Below the pieces are notes generated by a model, which worked only from the letters and a program-made list of their open reading frames with translations, did no database searches and was not told where the DNA came from. Both the position numbers and the translations under genes were made by a program. From NCBI GenBank assembly GCA_964234715.1, contig OZ174279.1: a stretch of 64,000 bases of DNA; one strand, written 5' to 3'. Source of the DNA: Podarcis melisellensis (taxonomy: Eukaryota). Positions 12,601 through 26,073 of the stretch are shown one piece after another (the first letter of the stretch is position 1; the number at the start of each line of letters is the position of its first letter).

Positions 12601-14194
12601 ACTACAATGATGAACATTCTGCAAGTAATTCATAATTTGCAAAGTGACTATTAGGGACAGACAGAAGAAATTGTAGGGAGTTGGGATAAGTAATATTATT
12701 ATGCAGAAACATTATGCCTCTACACTATGCAGCTACACTATGGAAAATGTGATACCCAGCAGAGGCAAGTCTTTTTGACCCTATAACAGTGTATGACTGA
12801 CCATGTCTAATCAGAAGTAGGTCCTATTGAATTCAACAGGGCTGACTCTCAGGGAGTAATCTTAGGATTGCAACCTTAGTTTATCAGAGGAAGCAATTCC
12901 CCTCCTCTCACAATGGACTAGTCAATTAAAAGTCCATGTATGATGGCCCATAGAATTTAAAGAGAGTTGTTGAAAATGAAGCCTCTTTCTGTCTTTCTGC
13001 CTTGCCCTTGGTTGTGTTTGTTGCTGATGCAAACTGTGTGACAATGGAGGATCCCAGAAACTTGCACATATATAATGACTTGAGAACTCAGCAAACTACA
13101 CAGCTGAGGTAGTTAAGAGTGCATATTAATAGGAATATGAGATTAGAAGGAAAGTGCTGTAAATGAATCATCCTGAGTGAAATATAGGATGGTGGAAAGG
13201 TTGTTTATAAAAAGTACAGGCATCACTAATATGGCCTTCTATCCAGCAGCCGCCGAAAACTATAGATCTACTTCTTTGACTGACTGGGGGGAGACGAAAC
13301 TATGTAGAAAGGCCCTATAACACTAATTTCAAATCAATGCCTAGTGGCAGCATTGTGCTACACATAAGCCATATGCAAAAGGAATTATTTTTTTATCCAG
13401 ATATGTACTGTGTTGCTCAAGACTTTTGTCTTGCCCATATAAATTAAAGGCTGTTAGCAATTACAATTACAACATTTCATAGTGTCTGTGGTTAGATTCA
13501 GATATTCATTTTTGAAAGAATGTAGCAAACACAAGTTTACACATTATTTTCATATTTTCATAATTTCTTCTGAACATGCTCCCATGTGGCAGGCCTGAGA
13601 TTTATCATACCTAAGATACAATGAAAACATACTGTATCTAGTAATAATACCTCACTAGACTGAAAAGAGCATTCGGAAGAACCACAAGGAAGTGAAAGGT
13701 AAAAGACACCTTGTGGTGACATTTCCTCATTTGGTACAATTTATTTTTAAATCTTGCATCCCAGTTCTATATAGGAGCTTCAAAAGAGCTAAGAATAAAA
13801 AATCAATTCATGTAAAAAGTTAACTCAACTACTAAAACTGATACAATAACAGTTTAGATGAATCAAAACCATAATAATGGAGTATGTCATTGGATAGTGC
13901 TATGTTGCTAGATAATAAACCTACACATCAGCTAATCATTAAAAGGTGGCCGAAGGAGGGAACTGAAAATGTGGCTGAGAGGCAGTTACTGCACGACAAG
14001 AGTACATTTTTAAATTCATGAGCATCTGCTCTGCTACTCAAATACAAAACACGGTTTTACTTGTATATATAAACATATATCGACCCACCCTGGTACTCCA
14101 CTGAAAGAGCATCACAAGGAAACAGAACCATAGATATTTTAAAAAGACACTTTAGAAACCAGCGCTTTGAACCATTCAAGTTTTCACAACAAAA

Positions 14195-14200
14195 TTTATT
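14195..14200 (-). terminator. Candidate polyadenylation signal for the LCoR isoform
   Basis: Minus-strand AATAAA followed by ttttgttgtgaaaacttgaa and a U/GU-rich stretch (gtttctaaagtgtcttttt). Other AATAAA copies occur at 13745-13740, 21521-21516 and 21814-21809. Confidence 0.5.
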
Positions 14201-17200
14201 AGAAGAATAGTGGTTCTGAAAAGTCTAGCATCCAGTGAAAACTACCATACACGTTACAGCTGGGAATGTGTTTTCAAAATGACATGGCCAAAGAATACAA
14301 CAGGGCTGTTAAACCCTTACACATGCACAACGAGAGAATCAGCGCTTTTGACATACAATGCAAAAAAAAAAAAGTGGACCACGTGAATTAAAAATTTATA
14401 AGTACTTATCACATACATTAAGACACAGCTTATTTAGTCCAGTCAAAAAATCAGAACTGCATTAAAAATTAAATGTAGTGCAATCAAACCAAAACCTTAA
14501 TTTGTGATCATAAGTGCTCTACTACATAAAATGTTGATCATAGCAAGGAACAAAAAAGTTCAAATCACACAGTACAAAAAAAATCTGTAAATAAATACAA
14601 ACTACAGTACAAGAGAAATATTAAATTATACAATTCCGTCAAACTGTAAACAGTATATTGAAATGAGGTCCATAGATTAAAAAGGGGGTTCCTGCTTTAT
14701 TTTTCCATGACACTTGTACTTTTAGAGGTCTGTGAAAAATGCCATTTTTCCATACTCTACATAAATAGAACTTTCCAAGGTGTAAAGCATCAAATAATAA
14801 AGCAGAGGCATTGCTGACGCACAGTTACGGTGAAATTAATGCTGGTGCGAGCAGCAGGCTTTATTTTAATGTGTTACACACATGCTCAGCAAACAGACCC
14901 ACCACTACAGGCGTGAAATGCCAACACACTCACAATTAGTGCGTGGCACAAGAGGTGACACGCCCAACAAAGAGCATAAAAGTAGGTGTGATCATGTGCT
15001 CCCACAATCTATGTGCTGCTGCTGATTATTTGAAAGTTTTACACTCTTGCCATAAAACACCAACTTTGGCAGAAGGGTTACTAATAAACTCAAGCCCATC
15101 TGGCCCATTGGCTTCCATCACAGTGGCCAGTGCACAGAATTCCTAGAGACATTGCATAACTAGAATGTAGAGGTCAGACACCCAAGGGCCAGGGCTCAAG
15201 TTTAGAAGTACCTGGGATGAAGGAGAAACCACAGCCGTACTGAGAAGCTGCCCCTGTTCCATTTACAGGGACAGCCAGGAATGTATTTGACATTAGCTGT
15301 GCTGGCTTGGTAGTGGCATTTTTAAATATATACGTTTAAGATTACATATATAATATATATGTATATAACATAATACACATACTATATATAGAAATTTCTT
15401 ACAATACATAATTATCAGGAACCCCCATGCGATCTTGCTCAGTAGTAATAACTGAATATACAGAATGCCACTACGTGTCTGAGGCACTGCGTGCTGGAGA
15501 GTAATATGCAGCTTTAAAATCCGTTTGGCTGAGTTATACCTGGATACCTGAACTGAGTTTAAGTTGACATTCATCAAGGATGTGCTATTAGCACATCAAA
15601 AGAAAAGCAAAAACAAAATACAAGTCACTGCTAGGTTTAAGAATAGTGTACAAGTACCTGAATTGAGTGAGGGTAGTGTGTAAACTGTCCCTGAGGGTTT
15701 TCAAACAGTGTGTGTACAAGCTGGAATCCTAAGCACGTTAGTTTATAACTTACACTGCGGACTGATAAAATACCAACATTTGACAATTTAACAAGTGGAG
15801 GTTAGAAAGAGTTATGAGCAAACACTCAAAACATATTTATACATGTTTAAGCAGCAGTAAGCTGCTGTAAGCAAAAATCCCATGGATATAACCACCCAAT
15901 GGGACTCTGAGAGGCTGCAGTCTGTAATCTGTTTTTCTGATGCTAGGGCGTATGACAGCCGCCATCTACCCTCTCTCAACAAGTAAAGAAGTTTCACCTG
16001 CTAATGTAGAATGCACCTAGTTACAGACTAGCAATTCAAGATTAGATTTTTAATCAAAGACTTTCCTATTACATACTAAAATCCCTTAAGATCACTAATG
16101 CTGGTATGCTAATCTAGTTAGTTTTTTTTTTAATTTCCCCCTTCATTTAAGAAATATACCATTCGACAACTTAAACATTAAGATCCATTTTCAGTCCTCT
16201 GATGTAAAAAGCATGTCAGTGAATTTATATTAAAAATTTACATGGTAAAAAGGCTTGAATTTCAGCCAAAGATTCTAAATACTGCTCATTCCCTGAAGAC
16301 AAAAGGGAGAGAGAATCCCTACCCATTTTCCTAGTGATATACTTTCAAACTGAGCACTACACAATGGTCTAAAACTATTCTTCATTTGGGAAACTTTACC
16401 TAGCCTCCCCTTTTAGATCCCAAACCTTAAAGCCCTGAAATGGTCTACTGAAATGTTTAATTAAAATATCATGCATGTACACCCAGAAGCTGCCTGAACA
16501 TTATAAAATTCCTGGACTGAAACTTTTACAGTACCTTAGACTCTGAAGACCAGATAAATTAAGACTCTAGTTGTAACAGTAAAAGTGCTGAAAGGTCCCT
16601 TTTCTGTCTTTTTTTAAAAAAAACAACAACAGGTCAGACAAGTGCTTTAATGGTCTATCTATCTTTCTATCAAGTCTGTAAAGGTCTGATGAGTTTAGCA
16701 CCGAATGTGAGGTACATTAGAGGCTGAAGTGGCATGTCCACAATTTTAGAGTGGGAGAGGAAATACTTAAGTCAAATTTTTATAAACTAGCAACCAAAGA
16801 CGCAATGTATTTATTGTATAAAGAGATGGAACATCTAATCGTCTAAGGATCTTTTTTTAAAAAAACTTTGTATTAATAAAAACGGATTGTGCAATCAGGT
16901 TAATAATTTGAGAATTTTATGATGAATGTTTTCAGGCCATTACCTAATTACAGGTAATTTTGCAGGCTTGAAAATATTACTGACTTATACAAACTGACTA
17001 AATCAAATCTAGATATCTGTCAGAAAGATGCTGCAGTGGCCAACAACTTGAGTTTTTATTTCTCTGGCATTTCGAGTGCATCTGTGGATCATTTTAGGTG
17101 CCTACATAGATTCATCCACAAATTTGCAAAAAGTAACATTACAGTACTTGTTACATCCAATTAAACTGCATCTGCATAATTTTAGACTTCAACAAAAGCT

Positions 17201-17649
17201 TGCTCACTTGCAAAATTTCAGTTTATGACTAGATATTCTATGGTGTATTTCCAAGGAAGTTGCCAAGTTCTACATTTGAGAACTCCATAAGGCTAAAGGG
17301 CCAAAAGACCCACATCTCCAAATCTTTCCCTTTCTTCCAAGCCCTAGATCAGGCCCAGACCCTGGTCAGTCTGCAGCTCCTTCCTTCTGCCTATCAGCCC
17401 ACGACGTCAGAGGCCCAAATATCTACAACTGCATTCTTCTCTTTGTCTCCTTTGGACCTAATGTGAAGCTGCAAGCTTTTGATGGAAGGAGTGAACAGAA
17501 AATCTCTATCTCTAGTACACCAAATTCTCCATCAGTGATTTTATGTTCACAATCTTGAACTGCCCAGATTTGGCCAACCCTGGTATATATCACGACAATT
17601 TAACAAACTGTTCACTTATCAAAAAAACTTGGAAAGCACAGATATAATG

Positions 17650-18075
17650 ACCACATTTGGGCATAATGTTAAACTATGGTTTAGTATTATTAGAATGAGC
17701 CTTGCCTCCTGCCGGGCTCATGTATTTCCTCTCCTCATTCCTGCTGCACAGCAGGGAAGAATTTAAAAGCTTTGGTTTGCTTTTAGTTAAGTAGGGTGTG
17801 CCGCTTCATCCTAACTGGGGATTGTTGTCTAACACTAACTTTGGCTAACGTCACGAAGCCAGCTGCTTAACTCATGGTCTGAAAGTGGCTTATTTTTAAA
17901 CTAACCAGTCTGTGTTGAACCACAAACCCTAGCTTGAATGAAACATACCACAGTTAACTAAAACCAAAAGCAAATGTTTCTGAGCTCCTTCTGTGGAAAG
18001 TGTGGAGGGAAGGAGAGAACATGCGAATTTAGAAGGAGACTAGACTTGTTAAAATGGTGCTAAATCACAGTGTTT
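17650..18075. mobile_element. Old palindromic (fold-back) MITE, possibly Harbinger-like, inside the 3' UTR
   Basis: Imperfect inverted arms: aaactatggtttag ~ ctaaatcacagt; catgtatttcctctcc ~ ggagggaaggagagaacatg; tttggtttgcttttagttaa ~ ttaactaaaaccaaaagcaaa. Confidence 0.55.
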
Positions 18076-21000
18076 TAAAATTCAACTATGAAAGCCATTA
18101 GACACCCATGTGTTATAAAAGCCAACTGCAGAATGTGTAATTCGCAGACAGCAGGGAAATTGATTTTTTTAATTACATTTCTGAAACTGCAAGGAGAAAA
18201 GCAAAAGATGCCTGATCCACAAAGAATGGACACCCTAGAACTTCCTAGAAGCACCTATTTTTTTGCCTGAAAACATATGGAAAAAATTGTTTTTATGTGA
18301 AGTTTATCTTTTCAAGACTGCCCATGTCCTTCAAGCAGCCTTGGCTAATATGTGAACCATCCCACTATGGAGCCGAAAGCTAGACTTTTAAAAGTTTCTG
18401 TTTTAGAGTTCTAGCAAAGTGCTTTTGGATAATAAAGGGGGGTGCTAGGAATGCTTCCCCAACCCACTCAGGTGCCATGCCTTTATCCTCTTTATCACCT
18501 CTGAGACACTCAGAGACTTTAGGAAGATTTAATCCTAAATTTATTATACATGGAGGGTGGAATCTGCTTTTCCCTGTCAACACCACAATGGAATTTGACT
18601 CCCTTTCCATTTTTTTGGCTTGCTAAGGAGCTTACCATGAGACATCAATAGCATGATGTCAATGGGATCACAAATACAGCCAATGTGTGGAGGTTTTCAT
18701 GGGAAATAAATAATTCCTGACAGTTTCTGAGCAATCATGGTGTCATCTGAGATCATAGTTCAAACTGCCTCATCACTTGTCAATATGCTTTGGGATAAGC
18801 CACAGGAAACAAAGCAGACCTGCACTGCTACCATGTTTATAAGGTACATCTCATTCTTAAAGGATAATGAAAATTTATTCCAGATTTGCATTAGAAAATA
18901 TTTAAGAAAACATTCAGACTAGGCCTTTCCTTTGGAGGCAGAGCAGCAGGCAGTATGGAGCAGTCCTAGGGCCATACAGATGCAAGGGCATATTCTTGGG
19001 GCATTTGGCTAATGCAAGAAGAGGATCTTCGTGCCCCTGGAGGAGTTATCTTTCAATCCTTTTAATAAACTCAGGAGTTTGGAGGTTATATATATATATC
19101 TATATATATATCTATATATAAAGTAAGGGCAACAGTCCAAACCCTACAACTTCCATTCTTTATAGCTGTAGTGAAAACAAAAAGGCCTGGGGCACAGAAA
19201 ATGAGGTTCTAGAATGGCTGACAGAGGTAATAGTGTATCAGATCGCCAGGAAAGAGCTTTTATATTTTACAGATCCAAGTAAAAACTGATACATTTTCTA
19301 CACACTGGGCTCGCTCCACAGAACTGCACAATAATTAACTCCACACTTGTACCCCTACAACACTAAGCCTTACTCATCTGTATAACCTGCTGTAGCAAAA
19401 GGTCACCAAGCAACATCTAAATTCCAGTACAATAGTGAACTTGATTTTAAACGTTACACAAACACACTCTAACATTAGTCTTCTAGGCTGGGAGTAGAGG
19501 GAGAACCTATCCTTCATGATACCTGGTCTGTATAAGCAGAGGCTGCCACAAATACTGTTCACAGTTTCATTCTGTCATCCAGGTGCACATGACACCATCA
19601 ACAGATACACAATAATTCCACCAAATTTTGGTTCTGGATCTAACACACATGTGGTCAAAATGTCCAGTTCTTCCTCCCAAAGACTTCACCATTTCTGGAG
19701 CATTGCACTTGGCTTGTCCCCTTAATATGCTCTCAAAAACGACAGGGAAAACAAGGCCTAAGCTCTATGTCTTGCGCAAGTTACATGAGCATCCATTTAC
19801 TGGAAAACAGGAGAAAACAAGGCTTCTCTTACAAAGACAGCAGCGAACCACATCTTCCCACATCAAACTATGGTCAGTTGAGGATTTTGGCCATGCAAAC
19901 TTCTGTTCAGCAGAAAATTAAGCATGCTAATGGATAAACACTGGTTCCATTTTTTCCTAACAGGAAAGATGCTCCCAAATACTACTCAAAGCTGCAACAA
20001 AGGCATCTGTCAGAGCAGTCTTACTTCAGTGAATCACTTAGGATCTAGAGTGAGATACAGTCACAGGATGAGCCACCTGGGCAAAAACAGGTGAGATGAA
20101 GTCTTAAACAAAAGTTAAACATTAAAAAGGTGCACCTGAATATTACAGACTAAGTTTACAAAACCTACAATAAGGTAAAATATAGATATATTTATATCTT
20201 TTGAATATTCAGCAGCTTTTTGTTTATTTTTGAGAGGCTTCTGAAATTTTAGAAAGGGACAACTAACTAATTTCAACCATGCTTCACAAAACAATAATGG
20301 CTATTTTATATTGCAATTACAAAAGTAATGCAATTAGTGCTTTAAAAATAACCTACTTTTTCCTTTTCTTTTTTTAAGCAGAGACCTTTTGAGGAAATAT
20401 GGTTGTTCCAAAGCTTCTGGGATATTTTTTTTACCTGAATAGGAAGTGATCACAGATATTAAGTGTTATATTTCAAAGCTCTGCAGATAGGAATCTTACA
20501 ATCGTCAGGTCCCAGGACTTTTATCTGAGAAAATTAAGTGTTTGGTTGTTTAATTCATTTTCTAACCAAAGCAATAAGAATACGCAACTATCACTATCTA
20601 TTTACAGTTCTCAACCTATGGTCTGAAATGACGTACAAGTAGTTCTCTTTCTAAACTGCAGCATTAAAGGGTAGGCACACCATTTTTCTGCTGCACGATT
20701 GTCTTCCACTTAATGATACACATAGAAAATATTTAGGTAAGTAAAATGAGCACTCCACATACACTATGACAAGGTTTTACGGAACTCAACTCATACATCA
20801 CTTAAATAAAAACAGCCACAAAAGGTTAAACCTCTGACAGTAAAACTCTATGCAAGTGTTACACTTCTAGCTTGCAGCAAATCTTCTCCCACACTTTCAA
20901 TAGCAGATGAAACCACAAATTTAAAACAGTGCATTTTTATTGCAATTTCCAGAAAAACTGGAGTATATTGCAGAGTTTCTACACCACTATGGAGCTTCAA

Positions 21001-22968
21001 ACAGGTTTCTGTACTGAGATGACATCTAGATAGCTAAAGGAACTCTGCTTTTGAGTATGGAAACACATTAAGCTACCAAAACAAAAAGAAAAGTCTAAGA
21101 ACAGTAGTACAAAGCATATCTGGGCCAAAAGCCCAGTCTCTCTCAAGAATGAGAAGTGCATATTTAACACGACAGCAATGGTGTGCCTAACCTTTGAATA
21201 CAGTGGGTTACGGGGAAGCAATCAACCAATCAAGAAGGCCAACTCAATTAATTGCCCCCAAATTCAAGCAGCAGCCCTGGGGCTATCTAGGCCTTCTTCC
21301 TATGAATCTTAGCATCCACTTTCAGTCATTAACACAGGATAACTAATTAAGAACAGTGCTCAAATGATGTTTCACATACAAATTCCATTGCCTCTTTTGG
21401 TTGTGCAAAGCAGTAGAGTGGAGTCTTACCAATCTTTTGCACGGCTAAGATTAAATTGTTTCTCTACCCAAAGAACCATTAAGTCTGATTCAGTGAAGCT
21501 GCAAGTCCAGAAAGCTTTATTTAAAGCTTAACATGTAAGAATGTTCAGATGCCTCTGCAACTAACAAGACTGAACTGTGGATTTAGGAGTGCTAGTGGTG
21601 ATCTGCCTATGCGAGTGTGTGCTAGTCCCCTATTAAAATCAATAGTGGATGAAATAAAAACAGAAAATCAGGATATGCAAGCACATTTCCTGCTACTGGC
21701 AACTGTAGTATTTAAAAAGGAAACACCCATTGGGTGTTCAACCCTGACAGTGTTACAACTAGATAAGATGCTCAGCCTAAGTCAGACCAGAGTGATCTGA
21801 TAATGGGTTTTATTAAAATTTGTAAAAATTTCTTCCCTGAACATTAACATAGATCCTTCATTTACATGACTATTTAGGCAGACTATTGAGGTTGTATGTT
21901 TAGAGATCAGTTGGTTTGATGAGGATTTTTGTTTGTTTTTTGCCCAAGATTACAGTAAGCTGTTATATGTATTCCTGACTCCCAGAAGAGAGTTCTTTAA
22001 ACGAGATGTTGGAAACGCACAGTTTAGCAAACTCAGAATCCAGTCTGTTAAAAAGCACGTAGGTCACAAAAAAGCCATTATTTTGTTAAAGTGAGGAATA
22101 CCCTAGTATATCATTCAATGTACCCTGATGCTCCTGAATGGAGTGTTGAGATAAGGCTACATCCTCAAGCAGGCAAGCTGAACTCTCTCGCCTTTGCAAA
22201 AGAGCAAACACAATTACAGTGAAGGTAGTGTTCCAAAGGAATGAACCAAAGCATTCTGAAGGTAGTGTATGTAAAGTTCCCCCATCCCACTCCCACCTGC
22301 CCCGCCGGGTGAGCACTAAGCAGATTGCAAATAGTAAAGGAGGAGTTGAATTTAAAACAAAATGGCTCCGATTAGACCCAACTGACTCGGAATCCAATCA
22401 CTAATCACTGAATTCAAAATGACTAGCCATACTTAAAAAGTTTAAACTCTCTTTCAGGCCAACTGGATCGAAGAAGAAAAAAACTGTGAAAGCCTAATTA
22501 TAAGCAATTATCCAGTTTTTGTTTTACAAGTCTGGTACTAGAGCTCAAGAAAGTGATTTTTTTAAAAAGGCCATATGAAGAAAGCAAACCCAATAAAATA
22601 ACTGAAAGTCCATGCAGGCTCAAGAGGCAAACAGTCCACTTCCATGTCTGCATTCTTTGTGAGGTAACTCAATTCTCTATAGAATATTAGAGAAACATGC
22701 AAAAGGCCAAAAAAAAAAAAAATCCCCCAACAACAAAACAAAACAAAAACACAAAAGAGGGCTCTAAGCCATTCCGGGCCAGAAAATTTACAAATATGCA
22801 ACATTCAGAGCACCCTTTTCCCCCTGTGTCCACACAAGTCTTTGCTGAACTGCAAAGGAGCATGTCCTGCACCCAGTGACTGAAGAGGAGTTGGGTACAT
22901 ACAGCAGGAGTTGAACAATGCCATAGTGCTCACCCAGTTTATAATGTAATTGGCACTCTACAACATCC

Positions 22969-23938
22969 CTAATCATCCTTTGACTCATTCGCACTCTGTG
23001 CTGCCTCTCCCTGGGGATCTATCTCAAGCTTTACAGAGACATCCTGTCCCTCCGACCGCATTAATTTCATTTTTTTCTTTGGAGGGTTTTTCAAAGTGCC
23101 CAGCCTCTCTTTCACTTTATATTCCAGGGTGCTATGGGGAATCCCATAAATACTCTGAGCTTTGGAGACGCTCATTTTCCCACTCATCACCACAGAGATC
23201 GCTTCTTCCAATATCTCACTGTTGTACTGTCTGTATCTGCCTCTTTTCTTCCGAGGTTGCTTAGAGCCAGGATCTCCCTCTTGATCAGAGGTGGGATATG
23301 GCTGTCCAGAGGTAGATTGCTCAGCATCTGAGCCCCAGGAGTCTGGTCCGGGATCCAGCAAGCTCCTTCTGTTTTGTTTCGGAAGGATAGCCCTTAACTT
23401 TTTACTAAGCGCGCTCTCCGTTTGTGAACCCATTACCAAAGAGCTATAGCTATACTGGTCGCCAGAACGGGACTCCCATGAAAGGTCCATGCCTCGAACT
23501 TGTGGTATCTTTAAATCCACAGGAGTTGAATGGCTCATGTCCTTTTTCCCATCCTGTTTAGTTTGAAGTGCCATTTTTTGAAAGGCTGAATTTTCTGTAA
23601 GAAAAGGAAGGTCACTGATGTTGCTGAGTGCACCGTTTCCCCTGAATTTCATTCTGGTGAAGTTGAATTCGTAGTGTGGTTTTGCCCAAGAAGCCTCCCT
23701 GGATAGTATCATGTGCTGTCCGTGATTCTGCAGCCCAGACGGCCCATGGCTGGCAGCTGTAGCATGCTGGTTTCTGCTCAGCAGTTCTTCGCTTATCTGC
23801 AGTGATCGAGCCAATGGAACTTTGAGAGATGTGGAGTGGCCAGACCCTTCCCTCGTTCCATCCTGCCAACTTCTCGGGGGCACCCCATCACCACTCCGAA
23901 GTCCCTCTGCATGGTGCTGGCTGGGTCTCCCAGGTCGC
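22969..23938 (-). CDS. LCOR: LCOR terminal coding exon of the LCoR isoform: pipsqueak-type HTH domain and basic NLS
   Basis: Acceptor ...ttccttccatccaattAG (23940-23939), phase 2 (GG|G CGA CCT). Encodes RPGRPSQ...PVDLK...KQPRKKRGRYRQYNSEILEEAISVVMSGKMSVSKAQSIYGIPHSTLEYKVKERLGTLKNPPKKKMKLM...ESKDD*, near-identical to the vertebrate LCoR sequence as I recall it. Confidence 0.98.
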
Positions 23939-24148
23939 CTAATTGGATGGAAGGAAACTGATGTGAGCAGGACTTGCACAGGTAGGGAGGAATGGGTGAG
24001 GGGGCCACTCCTTTATTAGAAGACCTTGCTTGGGTAACATCACTTTTGTGGGTTTTTATTTTTATTTTTTTAAGTCTCAGCAGTCAGTTTTTTTAAAAAA
24101 AATTGTTCAAAAATAAAGAGAAGCTTTTTGGGCAAAGAAAAACGAAAC

Positions 24149-24211
24149 CTGTCAGCTGGTCTTTGGTTGGGTTCACAAAATCTTGGAGCAGAAAAGGCTT
24201 CGCGCAAGTGT
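24149..24211 (-). CDS. LCOR: Candidate 63-nt cassette exon of LCOR
   Basis: Acceptor gctattttcAG and donor AG|GTttcg. 63 nt, phase 2-2, stop-free (HLREAFSAPRFCEPNQRPAD). The donor is weak and no transcript evidence is available. Confidence 0.4.
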
Positions 24212-24994
24212 CTGAAAATAGCATCTTAATTATAGATTAGAAAGGAATAATCATTTGCTAGAGTCTATTCACGACTGTATTACTAGTGTGACGTTACCAC
24301 TAAACAAGTACAGTAATAAAAGAGTAAGCCAAGTGACAAAATGCAGCAAATTCAACACGCATACTCTCACACACCAGCCACTTGCACTTTTTATAAAATG
24401 CTGAAAGCTCTGGAGGGCATGGATTAACACTATATATGCTAAAGTTGCTGCTCAGCATCAAGAGCGCTCAGCAGAACTCAAAGGTGTTTGCTTATTTTGC
24501 ATTAAACATTAGAACAGAAAAACGGAACGGTTCTCAAATAAAAATGTTGCACAAATTCAGACTCCATTTCCTTTTAAAATTAATCATAAGTCACATAAAT
24601 ATCAATTTGATTCTGTTTTCACATGCTTAGGTAAAGAAGCAGGATATTTTCTTGCCACATATGTATTATTTATTATGCTCTTTCCAACTTTACTGATTAA
24701 ACAGATCCGGGTTAAATCTATTTTTAAAAAGAGTATGATATACAGTCTAATCAGACTATCAATCTTGTTTTATGTACACAATTATTTCAATTCCTGTAAA
24801 TAATATGAACAAAAAGTATGCAATGCATTCTTGGTGCTTTGCTCATTAAGATGATTACTGTGTATATCCTATCTAGCAGACAGCCTTTATATATTCACAG
24901 ACCCCTTTAACCTAGCCATCTGAGATATGTATTTTAGGACCCACCTTACTCTCTTTACTGTAATTTGTATTTCAATATTGTATTTTTACATTTT

Positions 24995-25074
24995 TGTAAC
25001 CTGCCCTAGGACCTCATGATGAAGGGCAGGTAAGAAATCTAATCAACAACAACAATAACAACAACAACAACAAC
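24995..25074 (+). mobile_element. L2-type LINE 3' end with (CAA)n tail
   Basis: tgtaacctgccctaggacctcatgatgaagggcaggtaagaaat followed by a CAA/TAA array. Confidence 0.55.
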
Positions 25075-25343
25075 GTACAGAAGATTTGGATGCATAGCAA
25101 GGCAGAAGGAAGAACTTACATTCAAGTTTGGACTTCCTAATTCTTTAGCAAATGCCTATTAAACATTACTCAGAATTTGAAGATTCTTAATTTGGTAACA
25201 AACAATCCACATGAATTCTGAACAAGAACCACCCCAGTGTCAAGGAAAATAATAAATTTCTACCAGAACTTTAAACATGCATTGAATATTTCAGCTAGTT
25301 CTAAAACAGTGAATCACTGTCCAGATATAAAGATTAACTAGCG

Positions 25344-25479
25344 CAGGCTTCTTCAAACTCGGCCCTCCAGATGTTTTGAGACTACAATTCCTATCATCCC
25401 TGAACACTGGTCCTGCTAGCTAGGGATCATGGGAGTTGTAGGCCAAAAACATCTGGAGGGCAGAGTTTGAGGAAGCCTG
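25344..25479. mobile_element. Palindromic hAT MITE
   Basis: About 35-bp TIR caggcttcttcaaactcggccctccagatgtttt / aaaacatctggagggcagagtttgaggaagcctg. Degenerate 8-bp TSD aactagcg / aactaaca. Confidence 0.85.
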
Positions 25480-25815
25480 AACTAACACTTTGAAAGACAA
25501 AGGGCAATAGTTAACTGGCATTTAACTTAACAGTACAAAGCAGAAACACATGCTGATCTCTTGAAGATGCTTTCAGTCAGCCATGTAGGAACACTTTTTT
25601 GTTTTAAATGCACAGAACCTGTTAGAATATTCAGAAAGGGAACAGAAATTGATATTCTCCTTCACAATACAGTGTTTAGAGTTCTGACATACAGGGTTAA
25701 GTAATATATCCATGTTGTGAGGAATTTAAATGTCTCTTTTGCAGTTATAAGTCAGTGACTGTTAACAATGGTTATTTTTATATCACTAGAAGTCCAGCAA
25801 CTTGAAGATTATGTA

Positions 25816-26073
25816 CCGTATTTTTCGCTCTATAAGACGCACCAGACCACAAGACGCACCTAGTTTTTGGAGGAGGAAAACAAGAAAAAATTATTCTGAA
25901 TCTCAGAAGCCAGAACAGCAAGAGGGATCACTGTGCAGCGAAAGCAACAATCCCTCTTGCTGTTCTGGCTTCTGGGATAGCTGCGCAGCTTGCATTCGCT
26001 CCGTAAGACGCACACACATTTCCCCTTACTTTTTAGGAGGGAAAAAGTGAGTCTTATAGAGCAAAAAATACGG
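25816..26073. mobile_element. Tc1/mariner MITE
   Basis: TA flanks. TIR ccgtatttttcgctctataagac / gtcttatagagcaaaaaatacgg. Internal inverted repeat cagaagccagaacagcaagagggat / atccctcttgctgttctggcttctg. Confidence 0.88.

Larger units (their letters stand above)
14170..22968 (-). other. LCOR: Long 3' UTR of the LCoR (HTH) isoform, about 8.8 kb; 3' end approximate
   Basis: Follows the stop at 22969. AU-rich and poor in young repeats. Pumilio element TGTAAATA at 20606-20599. Distal AATAAA at 14200-14195. A multi-kb UTR agrees with what I recall for mammalian LCOR, but the end point is inferred. Confidence 0.55.

Noticed and set aside
23939-23979. N-terminus MQVLLTSVSFHPIR of the 336-aa ORF
   Set aside because: Intronic read-through of the pyrimidine tract. 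The exon starts at the AG at 23940-23939.
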